Part shown: positions 29,520 to 39,018 of the stretch, one piece after another
How the letters are laid out: every line of letters begins with the position of its first letter
Numbering within the stretch: the stretch's first letter is position 1
Source: Alphaproteobacteria bacterium
GTDB lineage: Bacteria > Pseudomonadota > Alphaproteobacteria > Rs-D84
Length of the DNA stretch: 64,000 nucleotides
Direction of reading: 5' to 3'
Assembly (NCBI GenBank): GCA_033345275.1
Contig: JAWPOF010000007.1
Location: 100,636-164,635 of the forward strand
Position numbers and translations under genes: made by a program
Notes under the pieces: model-generated
The model's input: only the letters and a program-made list of their open reading frames with translations
The model's database searches: none
What the model was told of the DNA's origin: nothing

Positions 29520-30302
29520 TTATTTGTTTTCAAATTCTTCTACAATCTCCAGCAAATCAGCAGGAATGTATTTTTTTGCCTGTTCTTTCAGCTCAGCAGG
29601 CACGCCATAATAAGCACCAGCAACTGCACCGGTTATGGCTGCGATGGTGTCCGAATCCCCACCGATGGAAATAGCGTTCCGGATTGCATCTTCATAGTCA
29701 GTGGATTCAAAGAAACACTGCAATGCCGGTGGAACAGTTCCCTGGCACGAAGAATCCCAATCATAGTCTGCTTGTAAATCTTCCAAACAATCGCACATGT
29801 CATAGTAGTTTTTTTCTATATACTCGGCTATCTCTTCCTTAGAGCAGCCATTGCGAGCCAAGAATATTGCAATAGCAACGGCTTCAGCACCCTTGATACC
29901 TTCAATATGGTCATGCGTTGGGGATGTAATCATATAGGACAGGCGTTTAACCTCTGCTACAGATGTGCCAAGCCAACCAGCAGCCGATACACGCATAGCG
30001 GCACCATTGCCCCAGCTATTGTATGGCCCCATGTCTGGATCACGCAACCACTGCCAGAACATTCCACCATACCCTTTGTCGGGGTAGCGATTGCCAACTA
30101 AACGCATGGATTCAGCAGCGATTTGCGACAAGTCGCCGCCTTTTTCTTTCCATTCTTTGATTGCGCTGGCCAAGGCTATGGTCATGCACGAGTCATCAGT
30201 GATGAACCCATTTTTCGCAAAGAAAGGGAATTTTTTGGAACGCAGGTTCCGGAATTCATAGATAGAACCAACAATATCACCAATAATCGCACCGTAAAGC
30301 AT
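29520..30302 (-). CDS. ADP-ribosylglycohydrolase family (ARH/DraG-like)
   Basis: MLYGAIIGDIVGS...DDS N-terminus and GGDSDTIAAITGA C-terminal metal-binding motif. Confidence 0.75.
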   Translation of the reverse strand: MLYGAIIGDIVGSIYEFRNLRSKKFPFFAKNGFITDDSCMTIALASAIKEWKEKGGDLSQIAAESMRLVGNRYPDKGYGGMFWQWLRDPDMGPYNSWGNGAAMRVSAAGWLGTSVAEVKRLSYMITSPTHDHIEGIKGAEAVAIAIFLARNGCSKEEIAEYIEKNYYDMCDCLEDLQADYDWDSSCQGTVPPALQCFFESTDYEDAIRNAISIGGDSDTIAAITGAVAGAYYGVPAELKEQAKKYIPADLLEIVEEFENK

Positions 30303-30380
30303 AACAGACTCCTTTTTGGGTAGTCTAGAACATCATGTCAGAATGTCAATTTGGAATAAGATGTTGCGACCAAAAATGAC

Positions 30381-31391
30381 TTATTTGCCGGATTGGCTGT
30401 TCAGAATAATGTCTTTCAGGATACCGTTATAGGTGGAAACCAGTTCCGCAGGGGCGATGGGCTTGATTTTACCACTCCACTGGAACAGATACCAAGACAT
30501 TTCCTTAAACCCATCCGCACGCATTTTGATTGTGACTGTACCATCAGAATTCTTGATAAATTGTTGGGTTGGGTGGAAAGTATAGCGCAAAACAGCATCT
30601 GCCACATCGGCATCCGCCAACCACTCAACATCATAAGGGCCGTTTTCAGAATGATACATGCCAAAAGATTCCATAGCATACTTTTTGATATCAAACTTGC
30701 CAGGGTTGAACCGTTTGTCGGTATTTTCAATATCAGACAATTGGCTAATGATATAGGTGCGAATATTCTTTTTATCGCTATTTTTATAGGCAACCAGGTA
30801 ATTATTGCTGTGACCATATAGGAACCCCAGTGGACAAACGGTATGACGTTCATTGCGACCATCACGATAATGGTAAGTCATATTTACCTTGGTAGAAGAC
30901 ATGACCGCATATTGCAGCATACCGACAACTTTATCATCGGTCTTGATATGTGGAAACGGCGCAGCGGTATTGGTGCGTGATAAAATCATACCTTCCAGAT
31001 CATTAAGTTCACGAATGGACTTTTTCATCTGCAAGATACGGTTCAATTTGTATTCCAGTGATTCCAGGTTGCGATGGATTTCTTCATTTTTAATGCGATT
31101 AACCGCAGCATTCAAGGCCAGCATATCACCACTGGAAATGTATTCTGGTGGCAGATCGTCTGGCATTTCAAGACGGAACCGGTGCTGTTTCGGATTGGCT
31201 GCATCGGGACTAACAACCAAGGCATCACCAAAACGTTCGGTTAGAAACTTGACAGTACGTTCGGCGGTTTTGCGACTGCACCCCATTGATTCCATGATTT
31301 CCTCATAGGTCATGCCAGCCATAGGCTTGCAAAACTGCTGAATCAAATCCAGCAACTCATTAAACTTACGATAGTCATCACGTACGGCCAT
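30381..31391 (-). CDS. WYL-domain transcriptional regulator (HTH-WYL-WCX; BrxR/CapW-like)
   Basis: N-terminal wHTH (YEEIMESMGCSRKTAERTVKFL), central WYL-like region (MTYHYRDGRNERHTVCPLGFLY...NYLVAYK), C-terminal extension. Start trimmed to the internal Met. Confidence 0.65.
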   Translation of the reverse strand: MAVRDDYRKFNELLDLIQQFCKPMAGMTYEEIMESMGCSRKTAERTVKFLTERFGDALVVSPDAANPKQHRFRLEMPDDLPPEYISSGDMLALNAAVNRIKNEEIHRNLESLEYKLNRILQMKKSIRELNDLEGMILSRTNTAAPFPHIKTDDKVVGMLQYAVMSSTKVNMTYHYRDGRNERHTVCPLGFLYGHSNNYLVAYKNSDKKNIRTYIISQLSDIENTDKRFNPGKFDIKKYAMESFGMYHSENGPYDVEWLADADVADAVLRYTFHPTQQFIKNSDGTVTIKMRADGFKEMSWYLFQWSGKIKPIAPAELVSTYNGILKDIILNSQSGK

Positions 31392-31534
31392 AATCAACCT
31401 CTTTGTTAAGAATAATTGTATCAGAAAAAACAATATAAAACAACCTAACTACGACACATTTGGTCGTATAATCTAGTTGTTGAATTGAACTTTGTTGTAG
31501 ATGTAATAAGATAAATGTAATCCAGGAGGCAAGT

Positions 31535-32548
31535 ATGATGAAACCAGAGTTCTTGAGATTTTTCAGCAAAAAGGTAAAAAGTGATCAGGCAAGATTAAAA
31601 GACAGAGCGGATTTGCTAGATTATGTGCTTCGTGACCAAAAGGTTCCTGGGCGCATCACGAATATAGAATCAGGTCCCTTGCTCGATTTATTCAATTTTG
31701 TTCCCGATGCAGGAGTAACCCCAAAAAAGATTTTTGATATTGTCATTGCGAACGATGGCAGTGCAAGGATTTTACCGCAAACAGGTGATGTACAAATATA
31801 TCTGCCCAAACAAGAACGCAAAACGCTCCTACTTGAAGATTTGTTAAAATCCAGTATTTTTAAGAAATGTCTTGCATTGCTACCAGTAGCTGTAGGAGTG
31901 GATGTTTCGGGTAAAACTTGTGTGTTGGATTTATCAGAAACTCGAAATATCTTGATAGATGGCAGATTAGGAACAGGTAAAACAAACTTGATCATTTCCA
32001 TGCTGATGTCTTTAGCAACCTGTAAAGATTCAACAGAAGTCACTTTCGTTGTTGTTGATACGATGAATGAATATAGTGTAATAGATGGATTGCCGCATTT
32101 ATCAAAACGAATAACAGATGATAATCATGTGGAAGAATTACAGAAAATCTTGGACCTTGTGAACGCCAGAACGTTGAATAGCGATATTTTGCACACCCCA
32201 ATGATACTGGTTATAGACAAGATTACGGATTTAACACCAGAATCACAGCAAGTGGTGCACCGCATATTGCAACAAGGACTATCTGTCGGTATTTACTGTA
32301 TCGCAACTGGAAACAAAACAGTTGAGTTGTCAGAAAACTTGCAGGCATGGTTTGACACCAGGGTTGTATTTAATCTGCCGGAATCCGAACTGCAACATAT
32401 TCTTGGTGCAGATGCAAATGCCTTGACATTGTTATCACATGGTGATGCAGTTTACAGTATAAGATCACAACAGCCAGAGCGTATACATACTCCTTATATA
32501 GCAGAATATATATTGGTCAGTATTGTGAACATGCTTGCAAAGAATTAG
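31535..32548 (+). CDS. FtsK/SpoIIIE-family P-loop ATPase (motor domain only; Walker B DE replaced by DK)
   Basis: ILIDGRLGTGKTNLIISMLMSL (Walker A), VTFVVVDTMNEYSVIDGLPHL (cf. FtsK [22 protein letters not shown]), PMILVIDKITDL, GIYCIATGNKT. Confidence 0.7.
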   Translation: MMKPEFLRFFSKKVKSDQARLKDRADLLDYVLRDQKVPGRITNIESGPLLDLFNFVPDAGVTPKKIFDIVIANDGSARILPQTGDVQIYLPKQERKTLLLEDLLKSSIFKKCLALLPVAVGVDVSGKTCVLDLSETRNILIDGRLGTGKTNLIISMLMSLATCKDSTEVTFVVVDTMNEYSVIDGLPHLSKRITDDNHVEELQKILDLVNARTLNSDILHTPMILVIDKITDLTPESQQVVHRILQQGLSVGIYCIATGNKTVELSENLQAWFDTRVVFNLPESELQHILGADANALTLLSHGDAVYSIRSQQPERIHTPYIAEYILVSIVNMLAKN

Positions 32549-32567
32549 ATTTATTTGTACAATTTAG

Positions 32568-33275
32568 ATGTGTGAGGTAGACATGTGTAATGTATTAAAA
32601 AAAATCCAGAAAGCTTTTAATAAATTGGAAAAAAGAGTTTTCGTATCCGAGGCGGATTTTCAGCACGCTTTTGCTATGAAATTGGAAAAACAATTCCCTA
32701 GCAAAGTACGATTGGAATATCCGATTAAAAAGCCAGAATATATCATGACAACCAAAGGGGAATATGTTTATGCCGATATTGTAATTAAAGATGGCGAAAA
32801 AAAATATGTAATCGAATTAAAATACAAGACACAAGCGATAAAAGATGTGCCTGATACGAAAGATGACGGTGGACTTGCCTGTAAACTATTAAAAAATCAG
32901 AGTGCTTATGATTTCGGGGCGTATGACTTTTGGGCAGACATCAACAGAACCGAACAGTTGGTTGCACAAAATGAGTATGATGGAGGCGTTTGTATATTTT
33001 TAACAAATGATTCAAATTATACAAGGTCGCATACAGGTACCATTTACTCAAATTTTTCTATGGAGGGTGGCAAGCATGATAAAGGCGAGAAACAATGGAT
33101 GGTAACGGATCGTTGTCCCGAACAAAGAATAGCAGAGATACAAAAAACTCGTCCCAATTTAAATATACAAAATGTATATAACTTTGAATGGCAAGACTTC
33201 CTGTCCGTTTCTGATGTGTCGGGTGGAAAATTTCAATATTTGTATATTGAAATTCAGCCTAAAGACAAGGCTTAA
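32568..33275 (+). CDS. hypothetical protein with PD-(D/E)xK nuclease-like motifs
   Basis: EADF...YADIVIKDGEKKYVIELKYK (D...ExK spacing). Confidence 0.4.
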   Translation: MCEVDMCNVLKKIQKAFNKLEKRVFVSEADFQHAFAMKLEKQFPSKVRLEYPIKKPEYIMTTKGEYVYADIVIKDGEKKYVIELKYKTQAIKDVPDTKDDGGLACKLLKNQSAYDFGAYDFWADINRTEQLVAQNEYDGGVCIFLTNDSNYTRSHTGTIYSNFSMEGGKHDKGEKQWMVTDRCPEQRIAEIQKTRPNLNIQNVYNFEWQDFLSVSDVSGGKFQYLYIEIQPKDKA

Positions 33276-33277
33276 AT

Positions 33278-33817
33278 TTATTTCGCCGCCCGTCTGATTT
33301 TGGATAATGTATCCATAATGGCTATATCTTTATGAGTGGCGTATACACGGTTAAATTCAGTACTTGTAATAACAGACAGGTTATAGTTTGTGTCATCTGT
33401 TTTTGGGGGTATAATATCAACCAGATTGGACAAGATAACTTTCATATTCTTTTTATTGGCAGCAATAAGCATAATCTGTGGAAAATGTTTTTCGTCAAGA
33501 ATCAATTCAATGTGCTTTTTTAAGTTTTCTTTATCCAGCAATATATTCTGATCGCTTAGTATAAAGATCTCATAATAGGGGTGAAAGATAGTTGCAGGAT
33601 ATATTTTTTCTCTTTCTGGCAATTTAACGCATTCTGTAACAGCAGAAAATTTCAAACCGCCAACATAGCAATCAGAACCAATAAGTGCATTCACTGTGTC
33701 GTAGAAAGCAATGGGGCTTATTGCATAAATTTTTTCAAGTTTAGACACATAGGTATTTTTTGACTCATCAAAATTTAAGGTCTTGCGCATACTATCCCTC
33801 TTTTTTGATGTAATCAT
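33278..33817 (-). CDS. hypothetical protein (179 aa), antisense-oriented inside the cluster
   Basis: ORF convergent with 32568-33275; no family recognised. Confidence 0.35.
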   Translation of the reverse strand: MITSKKRDSMRKTLNFDESKNTYVSKLEKIYAISPIAFYDTVNALIGSDCYVGGLKFSAVTECVKLPEREKIYPATIFHPYYEIFILSDQNILLDKENLKKHIELILDEKHFPQIMLIAANKKNMKVILSNLVDIIPPKTDDTNYNLSVITSTEFNRVYATHKDIAIMDTLSKIRRAAK

Positions 33818-33983
33818 ATAAAAAGCGTAAAAAATAGCAATTAAAAATAATCATATGCGACAGATTTGGACTTAGATAAATATACCGACTGGAAAGCCGA
33901 AAAATTATTGCTACGATAAAATCAAACAATAGGATTGCAAGCCCAAAATATAGTGGTAAGATTCCTAAAAAAGGAAAGAGAAG

Positions 33984-35447
33984 ATGTTCAAAATATCAAA
34001 ATCAGATTATGTATTAGGGGTAAAATGTCCAAACGCAATATGGTTCAAGAAATTGCGCAAGGATATCCAGACTGAAATGAACATGGCAATCCTGGAACGA
34101 GGAACTGCGATTGGTGAACTGGCACAGAAGAAATTCCCAGGTGGCACGATTATAACAGCCAAACCATGGGAATATGAGGCAGCATGGCGTACACAAGATG
34201 CCATTAAAGCCGATGATCCATATATCTACGAGGCAACATTATCCACCAAGACAGGCGAATACTGTGCGGTGGACATTCTTCGTAATAACAATGACGGCAC
34301 ATGGGATATCATAGAGGTAAAATCAACTTCCCACCCACACGAATATCACTACCTTGATGCTTCGTTCCAGAAATACGTATTCACACAATGTGGGGTCAAA
34401 ATACGTGATTGCTTTATCATGACCCTGAACCCAGAATACGTCAGACATGGTGCGCTGGATATTCAAGAACTATTTATGCTGCATAATGCAAATGAAGAAC
34501 TGCAGCCAATGGAACAAGTCGCAGCAGATGTGAAACGCATTCGTGCGGTGTTAGACGGCCCAGAATTGGGGATTGCAATATCTAAGGGCAAGTGCAACAA
34601 GTTCTATGACTGTCCATATCAGCATCATTGCTGGAAAGATGTACCAGCATTTTCAGTGTTTAATGTATTCCGTGGTGCGCTGGCAGATGAAATGTACGCA
34701 GCCTATGGGGCAGACCTAAAGAATGTGCCAGCAGAAGAACATTGCAGACAGATGAACAAGGGCGATATTGAGGCATATCTGAGCGGTAATGAGAATATAA
34801 ATAAAGATGTCTTACAGGAATTTACAGACCAACTGCAATGGCCACTGTATTTCTTAGACTATGAATCCATTCAGTCGGCTGTGCCAATATTTGATAATTC
34901 AAGGCCATATCAGCAGATTTGTTTCCAGTTTTCATTGCATGTGCAGCAGACCTCTGGGGGCGAACTGGAACACTACGAATACCTGCACAATGAATCCGGC
35001 ACAGATCCAAGACCAGGTTTGATAAAGAAACTGATAGAAACCATCGGGACCACTGGATCCGTTATCGTCTATAACCAGGGATTTGAACAAGGTCGCAATA
35101 CAGAAATGGCACGTGACTTTCCAGAATATGCAGACCAACTGTTGGCAATAAATGAAAGAATGATAGATCTGTTAAAGCCATTCAAGGAACGTGGCCTGTA
35201 TCGCCCATGCCAGAACGGCAGCGCATCAATCAAGCAGACACTACCAGCTTTTGTGCCGGAAATGTCGTACGAGAACCTGGGGATCCACAACGGAACCGAG
35301 GCCAGCGACCAGTTCATGAACTTTATGATTGGCAAACAAACACCGGCACAAACCGAAGAGATGATGCAGAACCTGCATGAATACTGCGGCCAAGACACCA
35401 TCGCAATGATAAAACTATTAGATGTGATACTAACCTATTGTAACTAA
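33984..35447 (+). CDS. DUF2779-type protein: N-terminal Cas4/RecB-like PD-(D/E)xK nuclease motif + C-terminal DnaQ-like 3'-5' exonuclease-like motifs
   Basis: DIIEVKS (ExK) in the N-terminal half; YFLDYES, HYEYLH and CGQDTIAM acidic motifs in the C-terminal half; 487 aa. Family name from memory. Confidence 0.55.
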   Translation: MFKISKSDYVLGVKCPNAIWFKKLRKDIQTEMNMAILERGTAIGELAQKKFPGGTIITAKPWEYEAAWRTQDAIKADDPYIYEATLSTKTGEYCAVDILRNNNDGTWDIIEVKSTSHPHEYHYLDASFQKYVFTQCGVKIRDCFIMTLNPEYVRHGALDIQELFMLHNANEELQPMEQVAADVKRIRAVLDGPELGIAISKGKCNKFYDCPYQHHCWKDVPAFSVFNVFRGALADEMYAAYGADLKNVPAEEHCRQMNKGDIEAYLSGNENINKDVLQEFTDQLQWPLYFLDYESIQSAVPIFDNSRPYQQICFQFSLHVQQTSGGELEHYEYLHNESGTDPRPGLIKKLIETIGTTGSVIVYNQGFEQGRNTEMARDFPEYADQLLAINERMIDLLKPFKERGLYRPCQNGSASIKQTLPAFVPEMSYENLGIHNGTEASDQFMNFMIGKQTPAQTEEMMQNLHEYCGQDTIAMIKLLDVILTYCN

Positions 35448-35458
35448 GAGATAACAAC

Positions 35459-37894
35459 ATGAGCATTAAACACTTCTCTGTAAATTTGGGAAATGCGGAA
35501 AACGGAACTCCAGTTATTAAGAACCTAAATGACTTGCGTTCAATTTATGTTGCAGGGGGTGGCGGCAAAAGCCGATTTTTAACAAGTTTTATCATCTCAT
35601 TGGTAGAAAATACACCAGCAGAAGAGATAAGTGTTGTAATGTGCAATCCTCGAAGAGCTGATTGGGACCTGTGTTGGGGCGATCTGCCACATGTGTCAAT
35701 TGCAGACAAAGAGCAAACATTAGATTGCCTCCAAAACATTGTCGCTGAAATTGAAAAAAGAAAGACTATGGGCGAGGATTTATTATACCTGCCAAAACGT
35801 TTTGTATTTATTGGTGATACCTATGATTTAATGAATAATGAAAAGAAACGCATTGTTGATTATATAAAGACAATAGCTACACAGGGACCAGACGTTGGGA
35901 TTTATTCATTGGTCACAGGATATCCCTGGATGATAGATAGTAACTATATAACACAGGATATTATAGACTGCTTCGATACTAAAATCCTATTCCAGGCCGA
36001 TGCCGGCAAGAATGATTATAAGATGTTGTTTGGTGACGAAGAATTTTCCAAAACACCCATTCCGACTGACGAAAAGAGAGGCGGTGATCTGCACGGAAAT
36101 GCAGCAATGATGGAAAAAAATGGCGATAAGACAAGGTTCATTATTAACTATGAAGATAAGAGAGATAATGCGAGGACGATATTTAAACTGTTTGGGGATT
36201 ATCATAAAAGCTATCAGTATGACCGGTTTGTAATGCAAAAAGCCGGATACCATATTCAAAGTATGGCCAGGAAACATAATCTGGAAACACCGAAAGATTT
36301 CACATTTATAAAGACAGAAAGATTGTATCCTGCATTTGACGATATGAATTTCAGATATAAAAACAAGATGTTCTCGATATTGTTTGATGTTATTCTGAAT
36401 GGCAAATCAAAACTGGAGGAATACAGAAAATATAAGCACATTCATATGGCGAAGAATAATAATATGATTCCCGTTGTATTCCCCATATTGGTAGATTTTC
36501 CTATGGAACATGGACCACATGGATATGGAATTTATGTTGGCCCAGACAGAAGAGTCAAAACAACATATAATGTGAAAGACAAGGATAGTTGGAATCTGTT
36601 TGATGCAGAAACAGGCGAACCTATTGACCCATTGGCGATAGCTGATGATGCGGCAGTAAAAATGTCCAGATATGAACAGGAAAACTTTGCCGTTCAAATA
36701 GCGTGCAACCTTATAAAGGAAAAAGGCGGCGGTCTGATACAGGTATCAGACAATGCAAGTCATATACCACAAATTGTATTTAGGACCAATACAGGACAGC
36801 TTCAATGGTGTGCGGTTTCTGTAACAGATGAAGACTGGGATGAAACCAAAGGTTCATGGTTAGGGGACAGTCAATCAATAATAGATGGTAATCGTTACAT
36901 AAGTAAGGTCATGACAGAAGAAAACGGTATGTTTCTTCATGTTTACATAGAGAATTCAGAAAGGGGCGGAAAGATTCATTACAAGTACAAATCAATCGAT
37001 GTACCCAGAGGAGTAAAGTGGAATAATCTACTCAGAAATGAATATACAAAGTGGCAAAATTTGGTGACTGGTGCGGATGAATCAGAAATGGGCTACACAT
37101 ACGTGGATGTAATTACAGCAAAAGAAACTGTAACATTCAAAATGCTGGAACCTCAAACAGACGAACAATCTGCAAGAGGGTTATCCCAGTTCAATCAAAT
37201 ACTCGAAAAAACTGGAATGATATATTTTTCCACCAATCCTAGGGAACCAGGACATCCGTGTTTTCAAGCAAATATGAACACGGCAAACACAAAGTTCCCA
37301 GTTGACTTCCTGTTTATAGATTGGTGTGGCAACATAATTCAGATAGATAAGAATGTTCCAGCTCTGTCATCAGAAATACACACCGCATCTAATGTAGTGG
37401 CAGTGATGGAAATCAATGCTGGCGAATGTGACAAGTATGGCATAGAGGTTGGCGATAGCGTAATACATGAAAAACTGCGCATACGACCTGGGAATAAAGT
37501 CCTCTATAAAGAGATGATGTTTGATAAGCTCACAGAGAGAACCCTGGACAGGATTAACCCAGAAGACATCATGTTCTTTGCGATTGCCGAGGGCGGCGCA
37601 ATGGGCTGGGCTGGTGCTATCCAGATTATAACCAAGAACAAGGACGGTATAGGTCTGTATTTTATCGACTACACAACATTCAAGGATTTAACAAGTATAG
37701 AGAAATTATTCCCACCGGTTAAATGGGTTGAAACCAACACAGTTGGCAACAAAGACTGGTTTATGAAGCCGATGGGTTTTGGGAATCATCTCATACTGAG
37801 AACAGAGTATTATGAAGAATTCAATGATTTGATTAAGGGGAAACATGTCTATAAGGAATGGCTAAATGTAGCAATAGAAATACTTTCAGAATAA
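35459..37894 (+). CDS. large FtsK/SpoIIIE-like protein: degenerate motor domain (aa 30-230) + about 570-aa extension of unknown function
   Basis: YVAGGGGKSRFL (Walker A), ISVVMCNPRRADWDL..LPHV, RFVFIGDTYDLM (Walker B with DT instead of DE), GIYSLVTGYP. Confidence 0.55.
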   Translation: MSIKHFSVNLGNAENGTPVIKNLNDLRSIYVAGGGGKSRFLTSFIISLVENTPAEEISVVMCNPRRADWDLCWGDLPHVSIADKEQTLDCLQNIVAEIEKRKTMGEDLLYLPKRFVFIGDTYDLMNNEKKRIVDYIKTIATQGPDVGIYSLVTGYPWMIDSNYITQDIIDCFDTKILFQADAGKNDYKMLFGDEEFSKTPIPTDEKRGGDLHGNAAMMEKNGDKTRFIINYEDKRDNARTIFKLFGDYHKSYQYDRFVMQKAGYHIQSMARKHNLETPKDFTFIKTERLYPAFDDMNFRYKNKMFSILFDVILNGKSKLEEYRKYKHIHMAKNNNMIPVVFPILVDFPMEHGPHGYGIYVGPDRRVKTTYNVKDKDSWNLFDAETGEPIDPLAIADDAAVKMSRYEQENFAVQIACNLIKEKGGGLIQVSDNASHIPQIVFRTNTGQLQWCAVSVTDEDWDETKGSWLGDSQSIIDGNRYISKVMTEENGMFLHVYIENSERGGKIHYKYKSIDVPRGVKWNNLLRNEYTKWQNLVTGADESEMGYTYVDVITAKETVTFKMLEPQTDEQSARGLSQFNQILEKTGMIYFSTNPREPGHPCFQANMNTANTKFPVDFLFIDWCGNIIQIDKNVPALSSEIHTASNVVAVMEINAGECDKYGIEVGDSVIHEKLRIRPGNKVLYKEMMFDKLTERTLDRINPEDIMFFAIAEGGAMGWAGAIQIITKNKDGIGLYFIDYTTFKDLTSIEKLFPPVKWVETNTVGNKDWFMKPMGFGNHLILRTEYYEEFNDLIKGKHVYKEWLNVAIEILSE

Positions 37895-37917
37895 AACGCA
37901 GAACAAAGGAGGTAGCA

Positions 37918-39018
37918 ATGAATGTGATAATGAAAGGCAAAGAATGGCTAAAAACAGGAAATAACTCGCTATGGGTTGCTACGGCAGTAATGATAGCAAT
38001 TGGGACGATTGCGATTTATCTGCTGGCTCCATTTCAGGATGTGCGCATAGGATTACCACAGGGCTTTTTGTTCGGACGATATCTGCCATATCTGATATTT
38101 GGAATCATAATGATGGTTGGATGCAGCAAGATGTCCAAGAAATTCATGATCAAGTTCAGCTACATACTGGGGGCGTTTGGATGTTTCTTAATGCTGATTA
38201 CCATGGTTGAACCACACATAATTCGTGGTGCAGCTCGATACGTTCCTCTGTTTGGTGTTGTGAACATTGATCCTTTTATGATGACTTTGCCAGCATACAT
38301 TGTACTGATGTCCAACTGGCTGAGCAAAGAAACAACCAAGGAGAAGAAATTCAGGATATGGTTAGGATGCTCTGCAATAACAGTTTTTATCATGTTTACT
38401 GCGATCATGGCCCCATATATGATAATTGCAGCAGCCTATGCCTTGGTATTCCTTGTAATGTCGATACAAACGCGCAAGAATATGCCTATGGCATTCTACA
38501 CATCAATTGCGCTGGGGTTGGGATTGGTAGCAGCTTTTTCATATAGTGTACTAACAAATAGCTATATGCATGCCAGATTGGAACACATTATGTATGGCAC
38601 CAGCTACACAGTTCAGGCAGCAAAGGCAGTTATACATTCCAGCAGTTTGATAGGTTCAAACCCAGAATCAATCCAGGCCCTGACAAACCTGCCAGATGTC
38701 CCAACTGACTTTATGTTTGCCGGTATCGTGGGTAAGATGGGGTATTTGATGGGGGCTTTGGTCCTTATGCTGTACATATGGGCATCGACATCAATATACA
38801 GAACCACACAAAACGCAAGCCAGTTTAGAAAGCTGTTGGGTGCTGGTGTCCTTACCGTGTTTATTTTCGGATTCTTCGGGAACATGGACACATCGATTGG
38901 GGGATTACAACACGCAAGCTACCTGCCATTTATGTCATGCAGCTGGAATGCGCTGCTGTCATTTTGCATCATGTTTGGCTTCCTGTTGGGTCAGAAGGTA
39001 GATGGTTCAAAAGTATAG
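37918..39018 (+). CDS. divergent SEDS-family (FtsW/RodA/SpoVE)-like polytopic membrane protein
   Basis: About 10 TM segments; C-terminal block LPDVPTDFMFAGIVGKMGYLMG...ASQFRKLLGAGVL...NMDTSIGGLQHASYLPFMSCSW aligns to the FtsW block [21 protein letters not shown]...LPTKGLTLPLISYGGSS. RGAARYVPLFGV..IDPFMM aligns to the GAKRWI..G..IQPSEF block. Confidence 0.5.
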   Translation: MNVIMKGKEWLKTGNNSLWVATAVMIAIGTIAIYLLAPFQDVRIGLPQGFLFGRYLPYLIFGIIMMVGCSKMSKKFMIKFSYILGAFGCFLMLITMVEPHIIRGAARYVPLFGVVNIDPFMMTLPAYIVLMSNWLSKETTKEKKFRIWLGCSAITVFIMFTAIMAPYMIIAAAYALVFLVMSIQTRKNMPMAFYTSIALGLGLVAAFSYSVLTNSYMHARLEHIMYGTSYTVQAAKAVIHSSSLIGSNPESIQALTNLPDVPTDFMFAGIVGKMGYLMGALVLMLYIWASTSIYRTTQNASQFRKLLGAGVLTVFIFGFFGNMDTSIGGLQHASYLPFMSCSWNALLSFCIMFGFLLGQKVDGSKV

